Of a DNA stretch of 64,000 bases, positions 29,413 through 38,945 are shown in pieces. Made by a program: the position numbers and the translations under genes. Source of the stretch: Phycisphaerae bacterium (GTDB lineage Bacteria > Planctomycetota > Phycisphaerae > UBA1845 > Fen-1342); NCBI GenBank assembly GCA_050115495.1, contig JASFQK010000026.1, positions 1-64,000 on the forward strand, read 5' to 3'. The notes under the pieces are model-generated. The model had not been told where the DNA came from. It did not search any database and saw only the letters and a program-made list of their open reading frames with translations. Position 1 is the first letter of the stretch; every line of letters starts with the position of its first letter.

Positions 29413-30765
29413 GTGAAGATGTTCGTGGATATCCTGCTGGGGCGGCCGACGGCCAAGGGGCGCTACGTCGCAGGCGTTCAGCTTGTGCTGATCGTGCTGT
29501 GGCACTTCATCGTGTTTCCCGTCACCGTCGTGCTCGTCAACTGCTGGCCGGGTTATGGCGCGACCGATGGGGGTCGGTCGCGCCTGCAGCCACCTGACTG
29601 GGGACACGTCTGCGCGGAGCTCCTTCACCCCCTTTTTGCTGAGATTCTGCTCGCCGTAGTGGTCGTTGAGGGTCTCGTGGGGTGGCTGGTCCTCGGCTTC
29701 GTCAATTGGCAGTACCGGCTGAACCTCACGGTCTTCGTCCGGGCCTGGTGGCGCGTGTGCCGGTGGGGGACCGTCGGTGTTCCAGTGCTGTCCCTCCTGA
29801 TGGCGAGCGCGCCCAAGTCGTTCCACACGGGCGACGTCGCGCCGTTTCTCATCTTCGCTTTTCTGATCGGCCTTCCGGCGTGGCTGGTTCGCGGTGAGCT
29901 GCCGCGACAGCGGATGACGCGCTGGCGCCCGCGGTGCCCCGAGTGCGGGTATGCGCTGCGCGGGCTGACAGCGCCGCGCTGCCCGGAATGTGGGGTGAGC
30001 TTCCCGACCGATCGCCGGACGTTCCGCAGATGGGCGTTCCGGCGGCTTCCCTGGGACCGGCTGAGTCGCGGGGGCCGGCTCTTCGCCTACTTCTCGTCGT
30101 TGGCCCGCATCGTTTTCACGCCGCCGGCGGCGGCCCGCAGCGTGGCCATCCCGGATCGCTGGTGGCGTTGCGGCCTGTGGGCCGGTGGGCATCTGCTGCT
30201 GGCGGCGATCGTGGCGGTGGCGCTCGGGAACGAGCAGGCGTACGTGCGCTGGGTGACTCACCGGATTTGGCCGCCCACGTTTCGACCGCCGGACCTGCAC
30301 GGGTTCGTCGATCCGCCGCTCGATCGCGTGGTGCTCTGGGCGGCGCAGTCGTTCCTGGCGTCGCTGGTGCCGCTGCTTCTGGCCGTAGCGATCGCGGTGG
30401 CGATCAGCCTGTGCGTGCCGCGCCGGCATCGGGCGGCCAAGCTGGGCGGCGTGAAGTGGAGCCTCTACCTGATGCCGGTGATGCTGCTGGCGCTGATCAC
30501 ATGGTACGGCGTGCGGTTCATCGTCGGTGAGCCGGCGCAAACGGTATTAGGCTTCTTCACGTACACACCGCCCGTGTCGGAGGTCGCACTCTGGGTCCTG
30601 ATCGTGCCCTACGGTGTGTGGTGGGCTTTCGGTGTGGCGGCCAATCCGTACAACCGGGCCCGCCACTGCACAGCGGCGATGGGTTACGCCTTGGTCTTCT
30701 TCGCGGCGTGGTTGCTTACGACGCATGTACTCTTCGCTCCGGGGCTGTTGGAGGCGCTACGATGA
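29413..30765 (+). CDS. Multi-pass membrane protein with double CxxC zinc finger
   Basis: PRCPECGYALRGLTAPRCPECG between TM blocks; start uncertain. Confidence 0.75.
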   Translation: MKMFVDILLGRPTAKGRYVAGVQLVLIVLWHFIVFPVTVVLVNCWPGYGATDGGRSRLQPPDWGHVCAELLHPLFAEILLAVVVVEGLVGWLVLGFVNWQYRLNLTVFVRAWWRVCRWGTVGVPVLSLLMASAPKSFHTGDVAPFLIFAFLIGLPAWLVRGELPRQRMTRWRPRCPECGYALRGLTAPRCPECGVSFPTDRRTFRRWAFRRLPWDRLSRGGRLFAYFSSLARIVFTPPAAARSVAIPDRWWRCGLWAGGHLLLAAIVAVALGNEQAYVRWVTHRIWPPTFRPPDLHGFVDPPLDRVVLWAAQSFLASLVPLLLAVAIAVAISLCVPRRHRAAKLGGVKWSLYLMPVMLLALITWYGVRFIVGEPAQTVLGFFTYTPPVSEVALWVLIVPYGVWWAFGVAANPYNRARHCTAAMGYALVFFAAWLLTTHVLFAPGLLEALR

Positions 30766-31619
30766 ACAGTCTGTTGGCGCGCAACAGCCGCGATGACAAG
30801 TCGGTCGAAGTGCGACGGCTGATCGTGCTTGCCGCGGTGATCATTGTTCTGTCCGGCGCCTGGCATGGTCTGAGAGGTACGCTCGTACGCGCTTTCGGGG
30901 CGTCGAGCATCGGGTGCTACGGGCGGGACGCGCTCGTCCGCGGGGCTCTTCGCCAGGCGGGGTACGATATCGCCGATGACGAGCAGCTTCACTCCCATAG
31001 CCTCCCGCGCCCCGGGTGGGCCGCTTGGTCGAAAGCGGTGGAAATTGAGATACTCTCCGACGGCTCGCGGCACCCGACGCGCTGGCAGACGACCATCGTC
31101 GATGGCCGGTTGCGGCTGCTGGGCAAGCTGTCGACCGGGATCGACGAGCCGCCGATGGATCTCGATGGCGATGGACGGTGGGAAGTGCGCGTGGGGGCGC
31201 TGGTCAGCGAACCAGCGTCCGACGCGTTCGTGGGGTATTACGCCGTGCTTCGCCTGGGAGCCAGCGCGAACGAGATCATCTGGCTGGGGCTCTATGACGA
31301 CAGCGCCTGGCGCGCGCGCAAGATCCGCGTCTATCCGAGGTGGCAGGATACGGACGGCGACGACGTGCAGGAGCTCGTCTTCATCACGGTTGTGATTACA
31401 CGCAGCGCCACGGGCGGCATCGCGTTTCAGCCACCGCAGATCGTGGCTTCGTTCAAGCTCGATCATCCGGGCGGGATGATGTGGCCCGCGTCGATGCCCG
31501 CCGATTGCGGCATCACGTCGTGGGACCCGCCGGGCGGAGCGCCGGTTTGCGTGGAGCAGGATGCGGATCTTGGGGCACTGTTTCGCGAACTCCTGCCGCT
31601 GCCGGAATCGTCGCCGTGA
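30762..31619 (+). CDS. Membrane-anchored hypothetical protein with DxDGDG motifs
   Basis: ATGA overlap with the upstream gene; N-terminal TM; DLDGDGRWE, DTDGDDVQEL. Confidence 0.7.
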   Translation: MNSLLARNSRDDKSVEVRRLIVLAAVIIVLSGAWHGLRGTLVRAFGASSIGCYGRDALVRGALRQAGYDIADDEQLHSHSLPRPGWAAWSKAVEIEILSDGSRHPTRWQTTIVDGRLRLLGKLSTGIDEPPMDLDGDGRWEVRVGALVSEPASDAFVGYYAVLRLGASANEIIWLGLYDDSAWRARKIRVYPRWQDTDGDDVQELVFITVVITRSATGGIAFQPPQIVASFKLDHPGGMMWPASMPADCGITSWDPPGGAPVCVEQDADLGALFRELLPLPESSP

Positions 31620-31693
31620 GGAGACGCTGCGCGAGAGGGGAGAATGGGAGAGAGTAGAGCGGAAGATCACACGGCGCACGTTGTTTGGCGTTC

Positions 31694-31752
31694 GACGTCG
31701 GCCACGGGGGGCCGACGCTACGAAGACGGCCGGCACGGAGACCGGCCGCTAC
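31694..31752 (-). repeat. REP doublet
   Basis: 31694-31721 and 31725-31752, both ending in GCTAC. Confidence 0.85.
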
Positions 31753-31767
31753 GAGCAGCGCGGTCGG

Positions 31768-32910
31768 CTAGCTCGTTACCGTGCGTTTGACGCGGTGGAC
31801 GAGGCCCTGGGCGGTGGACTTGATGCCGCGCAGGGAGCCGACGAGCTGCTCGCGGTTGGGGGCGTACTCCATGGCGATGTCCGTGTAGACCAGGCCCTGC
31901 TCGACGAGCTCGGCCAGGGAGTACGTGAAGTTGCGCATGCCGGACTCGAAGCTGCCGCTGATGATCTCCGGCAGGTCGGAGTCCTCGCCCTCGCGGATCT
32001 TCTCCTTGACGATGCCTTCGCCCACGAGAATCTCGCAGGCGGGCACGCGGCTGATCTTCGGGTCGATGGCCGGCAGCAGCCGCTGAGCGCAGATGGCCCG
32101 GATGCTGTTGGCCAACGCGCTGCGGATGAACGCATGCTGCTCGGGCGGGAAGAACTCGAGGATGCGACCGAGAGCCTGCATCGAGTCGGCGGTGTGCAGC
32201 GTGCAGAAAACCAGGTGGCCGGTCTCCGCGGCCTGGAGGGCGGCGAGCATCGTCTCCTTGTCGCGCATCTCGCCGACGAAGATGACGTCGGGGTCCTGGC
32301 GGACGGCGGAGCGCAGGGCGTCGGAGAACGAGAAGACGTCGAGGCCGAGCTCACGCTGGCTGACGATGCCGGTCTTGGGCTTGAACGAGTACTCGATGGG
32401 GTCCTCGATGCTGATGATGTTGACCGACTGCGTTTCGTTGATGTGGTCGATCATTGCCGCCTGGGTCGTGCTCTTGCCGCAGCCGGTGACGCCGCAGACG
32501 ATGACCAGCCCCTCGTTGGCTTCCTCGGACAGCTTGCGATACATGTTGGGCAGGTGCAGCTCTTCAAAACTGGGGATGAGGGCCTTGACGCGGCGGATGG
32601 CCGCATGCATGTGGTCGCAGGCCCGCATGATGTTGATGCGGAAGCGGTCGCCGTTGGGCAGGTGATAGGCGAAGTCGAGGCCGCCGCGCTCCTCGTAGTC
32701 GTTCATGCGCCGCTTGGGCAGGATGGGATCCATGAGGCGTTCGATGTCGCGTTTCTGCTCGTCGCAGGGCTGGAGCGACGTGCGGCGCAGGTCGCCGGCG
32801 ACGCGATAGACCGGCGGGATGCCGGCCTTCAGGTGCAGGTCGCTGGCCTGCAGGTCGGCCATGGCCTCGAGCAGAGGGACGATCGTATCGGGAAGCGGAT
32901 CACGCGACAT
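31768..32910 (-). CDS. PilT/PilU family type IV pilus ATPase
   Basis: ASDLHLKAG, GVTGCGKSTT, IEDPIEY, RQDPDVIFVGEMRD, AETGHLVFCTLHT. Confidence 0.93.
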   Translation of the reverse strand: MSRDPLPDTIVPLLEAMADLQASDLHLKAGIPPVYRVAGDLRRTSLQPCDEQKRDIERLMDPILPKRRMNDYEERGGLDFAYHLPNGDRFRINIMRACDHMHAAIRRVKALIPSFEELHLPNMYRKLSEEANEGLVIVCGVTGCGKSTTQAAMIDHINETQSVNIISIEDPIEYSFKPKTGIVSQRELGLDVFSFSDALRSAVRQDPDVIFVGEMRDKETMLAALQAAETGHLVFCTLHTADSMQALGRILEFFPPEQHAFIRSALANSIRAICAQRLLPAIDPKISRVPACEILVGEGIVKEKIREGEDSDLPEIISGSFESGMRNFTYSLAELVEQGLVYTDIAMEYAPNREQLVGSLRGIKSTAQGLVHRVKRTVTS

Positions 32911-33008
32911 GCGGCACCTCATGTCAGAATTGTGGCGGACAGCGCACGCCTCTGTGTCTAGGATAGGCCTTCCCCCCGTCGCCCCGCAAGCGCTTCCGTA
33001 ACCTTGGC

Positions 33009-33932
33009 TTACGGAGCGCTGTCCGTCGGGGCCAGCTGCAGTTCGTAGAGCAGGGGGTGGCGGCCCTCGCTGACCGTCAGTAACGCTGACCCGTCCGCCG
33101 CGTAGCAGATGGCCTCGCCCTGTGATTCGGGCGCCAGCAGCAGCCGGGTCGGCGGCGTGGCCAGCACGCGCACAAGCTGCGCCCCGTCCGCCTTCGCCGG
33201 CAGACGCCACTCCCAGCCGTTGACGTAACAACGGAGCGCGAGTCGGCGGCCGTCGGGGGACATATCCGCCGCCGTCACGACGCGGGCGGTGACCGCACCC
33301 GGCGGCAGCGTCAAGGTGAGCAGCCGCGGCAGCGTGGTGACGCCCTCGGTCGGCCAGGGCGCGGGCAGCTTGTAGACGCCGCAAACGCCGTCCTCGGCCT
33401 TGGTCACGATGTAACCGTCGCCGGTGCGGGGATCCACGAACCAGGCTTCGGCGTTGGCGGGCCCGTCGGCGTAGCGGAAGCGGTACGCGGTCGGCTTGAC
33501 GCTGATCGCCGGTTCCTTCGTGTCGGCGAGCGCGGGCTCCGGGAAGCGGTAGATGGTCAGGTCCGGCCGGCGAGCGCGGTTGTCGCCAATGTCCGCCACA
33601 CAGACGTCGAAACGGCCGGGTACGTCCGCCGCCGGCACGAGGGCGATGTCCTCGTAATCGACGGCGGCGGCTCCGGTGAGGTTGATGACGAGCCGGGTGG
33701 CGCCGTCGCGGCCGATGAGAAAGACGCGCGGCTGGTCGCCGGAATCGTTGTGCACGTAGTAACAGCCCGGGTTCCGGCGGCTGGCGGCGATGCCGGAGAC
33801 CTCGGTGAGGCGGTCGTCGCGGACTTCGCCGAGTGATTCGGGGATGCCCTGGCCGGCGGCGGGACGCGTCGTCTGGGCGGTGCTCAGTGTGGTGTGAGCC
33901 ACGAGGAGCAGTAGCAGGGCGATGCGTCGCAC
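33009..33932 (-). CDS. Secreted beta-propeller-like (phytase/esterase-like) protein
   Basis: GTG start with GGAG; signal peptide; EVSGIAASRRNPG..HNDSG, DYEDIA, ADIGDN, QGEAICY. Confidence 0.8.
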   Translation of the reverse strand: MRRIALLLLLVAHTTLSTAQTTRPAAGQGIPESLGEVRDDRLTEVSGIAASRRNPGCYYVHNDSGDQPRVFLIGRDGATRLVINLTGAAAVDYEDIALVPAADVPGRFDVCVADIGDNRARRPDLTIYRFPEPALADTKEPAISVKPTAYRFRYADGPANAEAWFVDPRTGDGYIVTKAEDGVCGVYKLPAPWPTEGVTTLPRLLTLTLPPGAVTARVVTAADMSPDGRRLALRCYVNGWEWRLPAKADGAQLVRVLATPPTRLLLAPESQGEAICYAADGSALLTVSEGRHPLLYELQLAPTDSAP

Positions 33933-33974
33933 GGCGGGTCTCCGGGGCGTTTGCCAGCGGGAGCGGGTCCGTCG

Positions 33975-34053
33975 AAAAAGGGGACAGGCACCGAACTCCG
34001 CGCGGTTTCCGAGGCCGGGCAGAGTCTTGCGGCTCGGAGCCAGTCCCCTTTTT
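33975..34053. repeat. ~78-bp MITE-like element, copy 2
   Basis: AAAAAGGGGACAGGCACC...GGAGCCAGTCCCCTTTTT. Confidence 0.75.
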
Positions 34054-34063
34054 CGACGAGCGG

Positions 34064-35311
34064 TCAGCGCTGCTGTCTCATCAGCGTATTGTAGTCCTCG
34101 TAGGCCATGTCGCCGGCCTGCTTGCGGAAGCGCGTGCCGAGCTTGCCGGGGATGGAGCCCTGGGCGGTTTCCTTGAAGTACTTGCCGACGGCGGCTTCCT
34201 CGGTCTCGAAGCGGCCGCGGGTGAGCGACCAGTTGCGGTAGTTGAGCTCTTCGCCGATGAGCTCGGGCGATTTGACGACGACTTTGTAGAGGCCGGTACC
34301 GAAGGCGCGGGCCCAGGCCTGCACCGCCCGCAGCAGGTTGACGAAGTTGCCGCGGCCGCGCCCGCTGGCGAGGAAGTCGCGGAGCGTGTCCACGAGGCCG
34401 GGGTTCTTGGTGAGGATGATGTAGAAGCGCGTGAGCTTGTCGTCCTCCTCGCTGACCTGGCGCAGCTCGCGGAGCATGTGGTGCACGTGCGCTTCGAGCG
34501 TGGCGAAGGCGCGGACCAGGGCGACGAGCGTCTCGGTCAGGCGCTCGAACGTCTGCCCGTTGGGGACGTGCGTTTCGAGGAAGATGTCGGGCAGTTCCTC
34601 GTGCATGCGCGTCCACAACGCCTGGAAGGCTGACTCGGCCGTGCGGCTTTCGGCGTGCTCCACCTTGGCCTCGGCCTCGACCGACTGCCGCGTGCTGTCG
34701 CGGAGAGCGGCCTGCAACTGGGTCCGCAGGTCTTTGTTCTCGGCCTTGAGCGCGTTGATCTGCTCGGTCTGGGCGGTGGCCTGCTCGCCGATGGATGAGC
34801 GCGAACTCTTCAGCTTGTCGTAGCGGAGCTGGACCTGCTCGGTTTCGTTGACCTGTCGGCGGAGCTGGGCTTCGACGCGCTGGACATCTTCGAGCAGCGC
34901 GGCCCGCGTTTCCTGCAGTTTCTTGATCTGCTGCTGCTGGAGCGAGAGGGATTGGATGGCTTCCTGGTGGTTGGCCTGCTCGGTGCGGAGGGCCTTTTCG
35001 AGCTCGGCGTAGCGATGCTGCTCGGTCTGGAGCTTGAGTTCGAGGCTGGCGGCGCGTTTGCGGGCGTCCGGGCTGTCGTCGCGGGCGACCTGGCGGGTAG
35101 CGCCGGTGCCGCCGGCCGCTCCGCCGGGAACAGTGGCCAGAAGGGTGGCGACCTGTTCGCCGATGGTCTTCTGGTTGTCGCGCGGGACAGCTTCGAGCGA
35201 CGACCGCCAGTCCTGATCGAGGGCGGTCGCGGCGCCCCGGCGGGCCTCGACGACCGCCCGGCCCAGGCTGGCCAGTCGCTCGGCGGTCAGGGGCACGGCC
35301 GTTTGCGACAT
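34064..35311 (-). CDS. Coiled-coil protein with globular C-terminal domain
   Basis: GGAGGTG SD; long Q/E/K/L heptads. Confidence 0.8.
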   Translation of the reverse strand: MSQTAVPLTAERLASLGRAVVEARRGAATALDQDWRSSLEAVPRDNQKTIGEQVATLLATVPGGAAGGTGATRQVARDDSPDARKRAASLELKLQTEQHRYAELEKALRTEQANHQEAIQSLSLQQQQIKKLQETRAALLEDVQRVEAQLRRQVNETEQVQLRYDKLKSSRSSIGEQATAQTEQINALKAENKDLRTQLQAALRDSTRQSVEAEAKVEHAESRTAESAFQALWTRMHEELPDIFLETHVPNGQTFERLTETLVALVRAFATLEAHVHHMLRELRQVSEEDDKLTRFYIILTKNPGLVDTLRDFLASGRGRGNFVNLLRAVQAWARAFGTGLYKVVVKSPELIGEELNYRNWSLTRGRFETEEAAVGKYFKETAQGSIPGKLGTRFRKQAGDMAYEDYNTLMRQQR

Positions 35312-35365
35312 GTTGCATCACCTCCAGGAGCTTCGGGTCGCGCGGCGGCGAGCGCAGCGTCGCGG

Positions 35366-37438
35366 CTAGTCGTCCGCTTCGTGCAGTGCCTGCCGCAGGC
35401 TTTCGCCGGGCGCGCGGCGCCCGAGGATCAGATCATCCCACAGGGCCACCCAACCGCGCAATTCGAGCAGCGGCAGCAGGTGGCCGTCGGCGGTGCGCGG
35501 GGCCGGCGCCGCCCGGTCGGGGCAGAAGCCGAAGCCCTCCAGCGGCGTGATCAACCGCAGCGTCAGTGACAGCACCGCTTGCCACAGGTTCATCGGCAGG
35601 CCGTCCAGTGGCACCGAGGCCCGGTCGGCGCGGGCGTACAGCAGGTTGCGGCGTGACCACAACGAGCCGGGGGCGTCACTCTCGGCGCGGCCGGCGATCC
35701 ACGTCGCGGCCCGCGATTCACGCTGTTCGACCGGCAGCCCGCGGCACGCCGTCAGCAGCTCTTCGCGTTCGGCGAGGACGGCCTCGCGCAGCCGCTGACC
35801 CTCGCGTTCGTCGTTGGTCAAGAGCGTTTCGAGCAGCAGCATGCCGACGGCGTAGAGATCGATCGCCTCGCCGAAACGCGGGTACCAGCGGCACTCGCAG
35901 CCTTCGACGGCGGTATTGGCCGACAGGCGCTTGGTGTCGCCCTGCACCGGGCCGCGCACGCCGAGACCCTCGCCATCGTCGGGATTCTGCTCGGGCGTGG
36001 GGGCGAGTGTCGCCCGCCAGCCGGGGCCGGCGACCTGGATGACGTCGGCGGGGCAGAAGAGCTCGCGGGGGATGCCCAGCTCTTCGAGCAGAACGTGCGC
36101 GTCGCCGGTCTTGCTGATGGTCTTCACGAATACGTTGACCGGCCGCGGCGTGCCGAAATAGCGCAGGGCCTCGGCGACGTCGGGCGGGAGCAATGTGCGG
36201 TCGGATAACGCCGGCGGGTAGGGCAGCAGTTGATCCGCGCCGTCGACGGCCACGTCCGGCTGTCGTCCGATGTGCCGCAAGATCGGCTGCAAGCCCCAGA
36301 GCGTGGCGGGCGTTTGTGCCGGCGAGTTCCAGGCGACACGGATGGTCTCGTTTCGCCAGTACAGATGCGGGCGCGTCGTTATCCGCCAGGCGGCGTCAAG
36401 CTGCGCCAGAACGTCGACGAATAGTGCCATTTTCAGGCGGGCGACTTCGGCGAGTTGGCGGCCGCCGGCTTCGCCTGCGAGCAGGTAGCGCGGGCCGGCG
36501 GTTTCGATCTGCTCGGCCTGCTGCTGTCGCCAAGCGGTGAACGCGTTTTCGGGGTCGCCCTCGGCGGCGCAGATGCTGCGCGGGTCGACGCCGCCGATGA
36601 TGCGGGCGGTTTCGTCCAGCCGCCAGGCGCCCAGCGGGCGAACGACGGGGCGGACGGGCAGGGCGTGGACGACGAGCAGGCGGTCGGCGGCGTAGGCGTA
36701 GCCGCCGCCTTCGGGGAAGCAGCGCTCGCGCTCGGCGCAGGTGGTGCAGACGTGGGCGGCGGTCAACTCCTGGGCCGCGGCGGGTTCGCGCGTGGCCAGG
36801 TCCGTGGCCAGACGCACGACCTTGCCCTGGTCAAGGATGAGCTGTTCGTGGGAAGCGGCGCGGCCGGCGGCGGTGCTGCCGGCGCGACCGCTGTAGATGG
36901 CCGGTTCGGCCTGGTCGGGGCCGTCCCAGACGAGCCACTCGCGCGGGATGCCGTCTTTGCCGGTTGCCGAGGCGTCGTCGCCGGCGTCGGCCGGGACGCG
37001 GCTCAGCGGGGCGCCGGTGTTGGGTGAGCGGGCGGCGAAGATGCGGTGGCGCTTGCGGCAGTAGAGCAGCGGGCCGATCGCCGGCATCGTGCCGAACGCC
37101 GCGTGCAGCAGATTTGCGGCGGGTTGCACCGGTAGCTGGACGTCGACGTCGGGCATCGTCTCGTAGCGGGCCAGCAATGCGGCGTAGGGGATGAGATCCT
37201 CCGGTGGGCCGCTCTCCGGGTCGAGCAGGAGCAGGATCTCGGCCGGCTGGTTGAGCTGGCCGTCCGCGCCGCACAGGCCGCCGATCAGCGATTGCACGAC
37301 GTCGAGCGGCGTGTCCAGGTGTACGAGCGGATCGACGGCGACGGCGGCCTCCGCCGGCGGCGGGCCGAGTAGGCGCAATAGGCCGCCGAAGTCGGTCGGG
37401 ATCACGACGAACGGGCTGGTGGGTTCCGGTGTGCTCAT
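35366..37438 (-). CDS. Hypothetical protein with Cys cluster and degenerate protein-kinase-like C-lobe
   Basis: CTTCAERERC; RPHLYW..IRV; IDLYAVGMLLLETL. Confidence 0.65.
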   Translation of the reverse strand: MSTPEPTSPFVVIPTDFGGLLRLLGPPPAEAAVAVDPLVHLDTPLDVVQSLIGGLCGADGQLNQPAEILLLLDPESGPPEDLIPYAALLARYETMPDVDVQLPVQPAANLLHAAFGTMPAIGPLLYCRKRHRIFAARSPNTGAPLSRVPADAGDDASATGKDGIPREWLVWDGPDQAEPAIYSGRAGSTAAGRAASHEQLILDQGKVVRLATDLATREPAAAQELTAAHVCTTCAERERCFPEGGGYAYAADRLLVVHALPVRPVVRPLGAWRLDETARIIGGVDPRSICAAEGDPENAFTAWRQQQAEQIETAGPRYLLAGEAGGRQLAEVARLKMALFVDVLAQLDAAWRITTRPHLYWRNETIRVAWNSPAQTPATLWGLQPILRHIGRQPDVAVDGADQLLPYPPALSDRTLLPPDVAEALRYFGTPRPVNVFVKTISKTGDAHVLLEELGIPRELFCPADVIQVAGPGWRATLAPTPEQNPDDGEGLGVRGPVQGDTKRLSANTAVEGCECRWYPRFGEAIDLYAVGMLLLETLLTNDEREGQRLREAVLAEREELLTACRGLPVEQRESRAATWIAGRAESDAPGSLWSRRNLLYARADRASVPLDGLPMNLWQAVLSLTLRLITPLEGFGFCPDRAAPAPRTADGHLLPLLELRGWVALWDDLILGRRAPGESLRQALHEADD

Positions 37439-37731
37439 CGTATACCGCCGGCGACTCGTCCGCGGGCGGGTCGGCACGCGCCGCTCCGCAGCCCGCCCTC
37501 GACGCGAGCCCCGATAGGAGGCGACATTATAGCCGCCGGAGCGGTGCTCGCCCACGCGGTGGGGGGGAGAGGCCGGTTCGGGCGGGGGCCCGGGTTTCCA
37601 GCCGGCGAATCCCCCCCTGCATCGCACACGGTTCTCTCAATCTGGCGGCGTTTGGCGCGTGCCGCAACCACAACGGGGCGCCAGGAGTACGTCGCGACGC
37701 AATGAACCCAGCCCCAACGAGGTGTTAGTCA

Positions 37732-38037
37732 GTAGCCCGGGCTACGTTCGTGCGCCCTCCGGGCGAAGAGCAGAGAGAGAAGGCTGGTGTCCTCACCCAG
37801 GGACTTCAGTCCCTGGGGAGCGTCGAGCCCCCGTCCCCCTCTTCCTCTCCGCCCGGAGGGCGCACGATCGTAGCCAGGGACTTCAGTCCCTGGAAAGCGT
37901 CGAGGCCCAAGCCCCCCCGGTCCTTCCCCTTTCGCTTATCCTCTCTCTCCTCGCCCGGAGGGCGCACGATCGTTGTCAGGGACTTCAGTCCCTGGAATGC
38001 CGCCCCCCCCATTTCTCTTCGCCCGGAGGGCGCACGG
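37732..38037. repeat. REP array on the left flank of the Y1 transposase
   Basis: Repeated CGCCCGGAGGGCGCACG and CCAGGGACTTCAGTCCCTGG palindromes; GTAGCCCGGGCTAC at 37732-37745. Confidence 0.9.
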
Positions 38038-38045
38038 ACTGCCGC

Positions 38046-38498
38046 TCACGCGAACACGTCGCGCTCATCAAACGCGATGCCGTGCCGGCGAAGCAGTTCG
38101 AGGAACTCCGTCCGGAAGTCCTGGCGCTTGTGGTGTTCCTTCTGCCGCGCGATGTAAGCTTCGACCTCGGGCACGACGGACTTGCTAACCGTGAACCCGC
38201 CGTAGCCCTCCTGCCAGGCGAAGCGCCCGGATTGCGGGAACGTTTCGTTGATCCACTTGGATGACCTGCCCTTGACCTGCCGGAGCAGATCCGAATGCGA
38301 CAGGTCCGGGCGATAGCGGACCAGGAGGTGAACGTGATCCGGCATGCCGTTGATCGCCAGGAGCGTGCAGCGCAGCTCGCGCACGATGCCGCCGATGAAG
38401 GGGTAGAGTCGAGCTTCCAGATCCGGCGTCAGCAGGTTGGCACGCTGTGTAGTGCTGAAGACGGCGTGATAGAAGTTCTGCGTGTATGCGCTCGGCAT
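38046..38498 (-). mobile_element. tnpA: IS200/IS605-family Y1 transposase TnpA (REP-associated, RAYT-like)
   Basis: YHAVFST, NGMPDHVHLL (HUH), FAWQEGYGGFTVS, YIARQKEHH; no tnpB; REPs on both sides. Confidence 0.92.
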
Positions 38499-38513
38499 GG
38501 TCAGACCCCGATT

Positions 38514-38673
38514 TCGTGCGCCCTCCGGGCGGAGACATCAGAGAATACACCTTTGCGACCACCAGGGACTGAAGTCCCTGGCTACGGTCGTGCGCCCTCC
38601 GGGCGAAGAGGCCCCGAACGTCCGCTTCTCCGTCCGGAGGGCGCACGTTGTGTCTTCGCCCGGAGGGCGTGCG
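38514..38673. repeat. REP array on the right flank of the Y1 transposase
   Basis: GTGCGCCCTCCGGGCG and CCAGGGACTGAAGTCCCTGGCTAC, inverted relative to the main left-flank units. Confidence 0.9.
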
Positions 38674-38684
38674 TTTGGTGGCGG

Positions 38685-38781
38685 TTAGCGCGGGCGGAGG
38701 ATGTCGCCGGAGTAGATGGCGTTGGGCATGACTTCGCATTCGGCCCAACAGCCGGGGCAGGCGTCGACCCAGCGGCGGGCG
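38685..38781 (-). repeat. Duplicated 3' end of the radical SAM gene (att-like direct repeat of 40538-40634)
   Basis: 97 bp with 3 mismatches; encodes RRWVDACPGCWAECEVMPNAIYSGDILRPR*. Confidence 0.95.
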
Positions 38782-38945
38782 CCCGCTCCGGCTTCGCCTC
38801 CTGCCGTTCGGGTTGCGGATGGTGTGGGTAGTGCGGTCAGCGGGGGCCGCATCCCCTCTTGTCTTCCAGGGTGTGCGGCACACAGTTTGCGATGTTGGGG
38901 GCATGCCGTTACACTACTGCCATCGGTGCAGCATCGAGGTGCTGG

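Noticed and set aside
33933..35321. N-terminal extension of the 770-aa ORF 33009-35321
   Set aside because: Alternative frame over the coiled-coil gene and a repeat element; a signal peptide and SD support a start at 33932
37732..38673. CRISPR array
   Set aside because: Repeats occur in mixed orientation with irregular low-complexity spacers around a Y1 transposase; no cas genes
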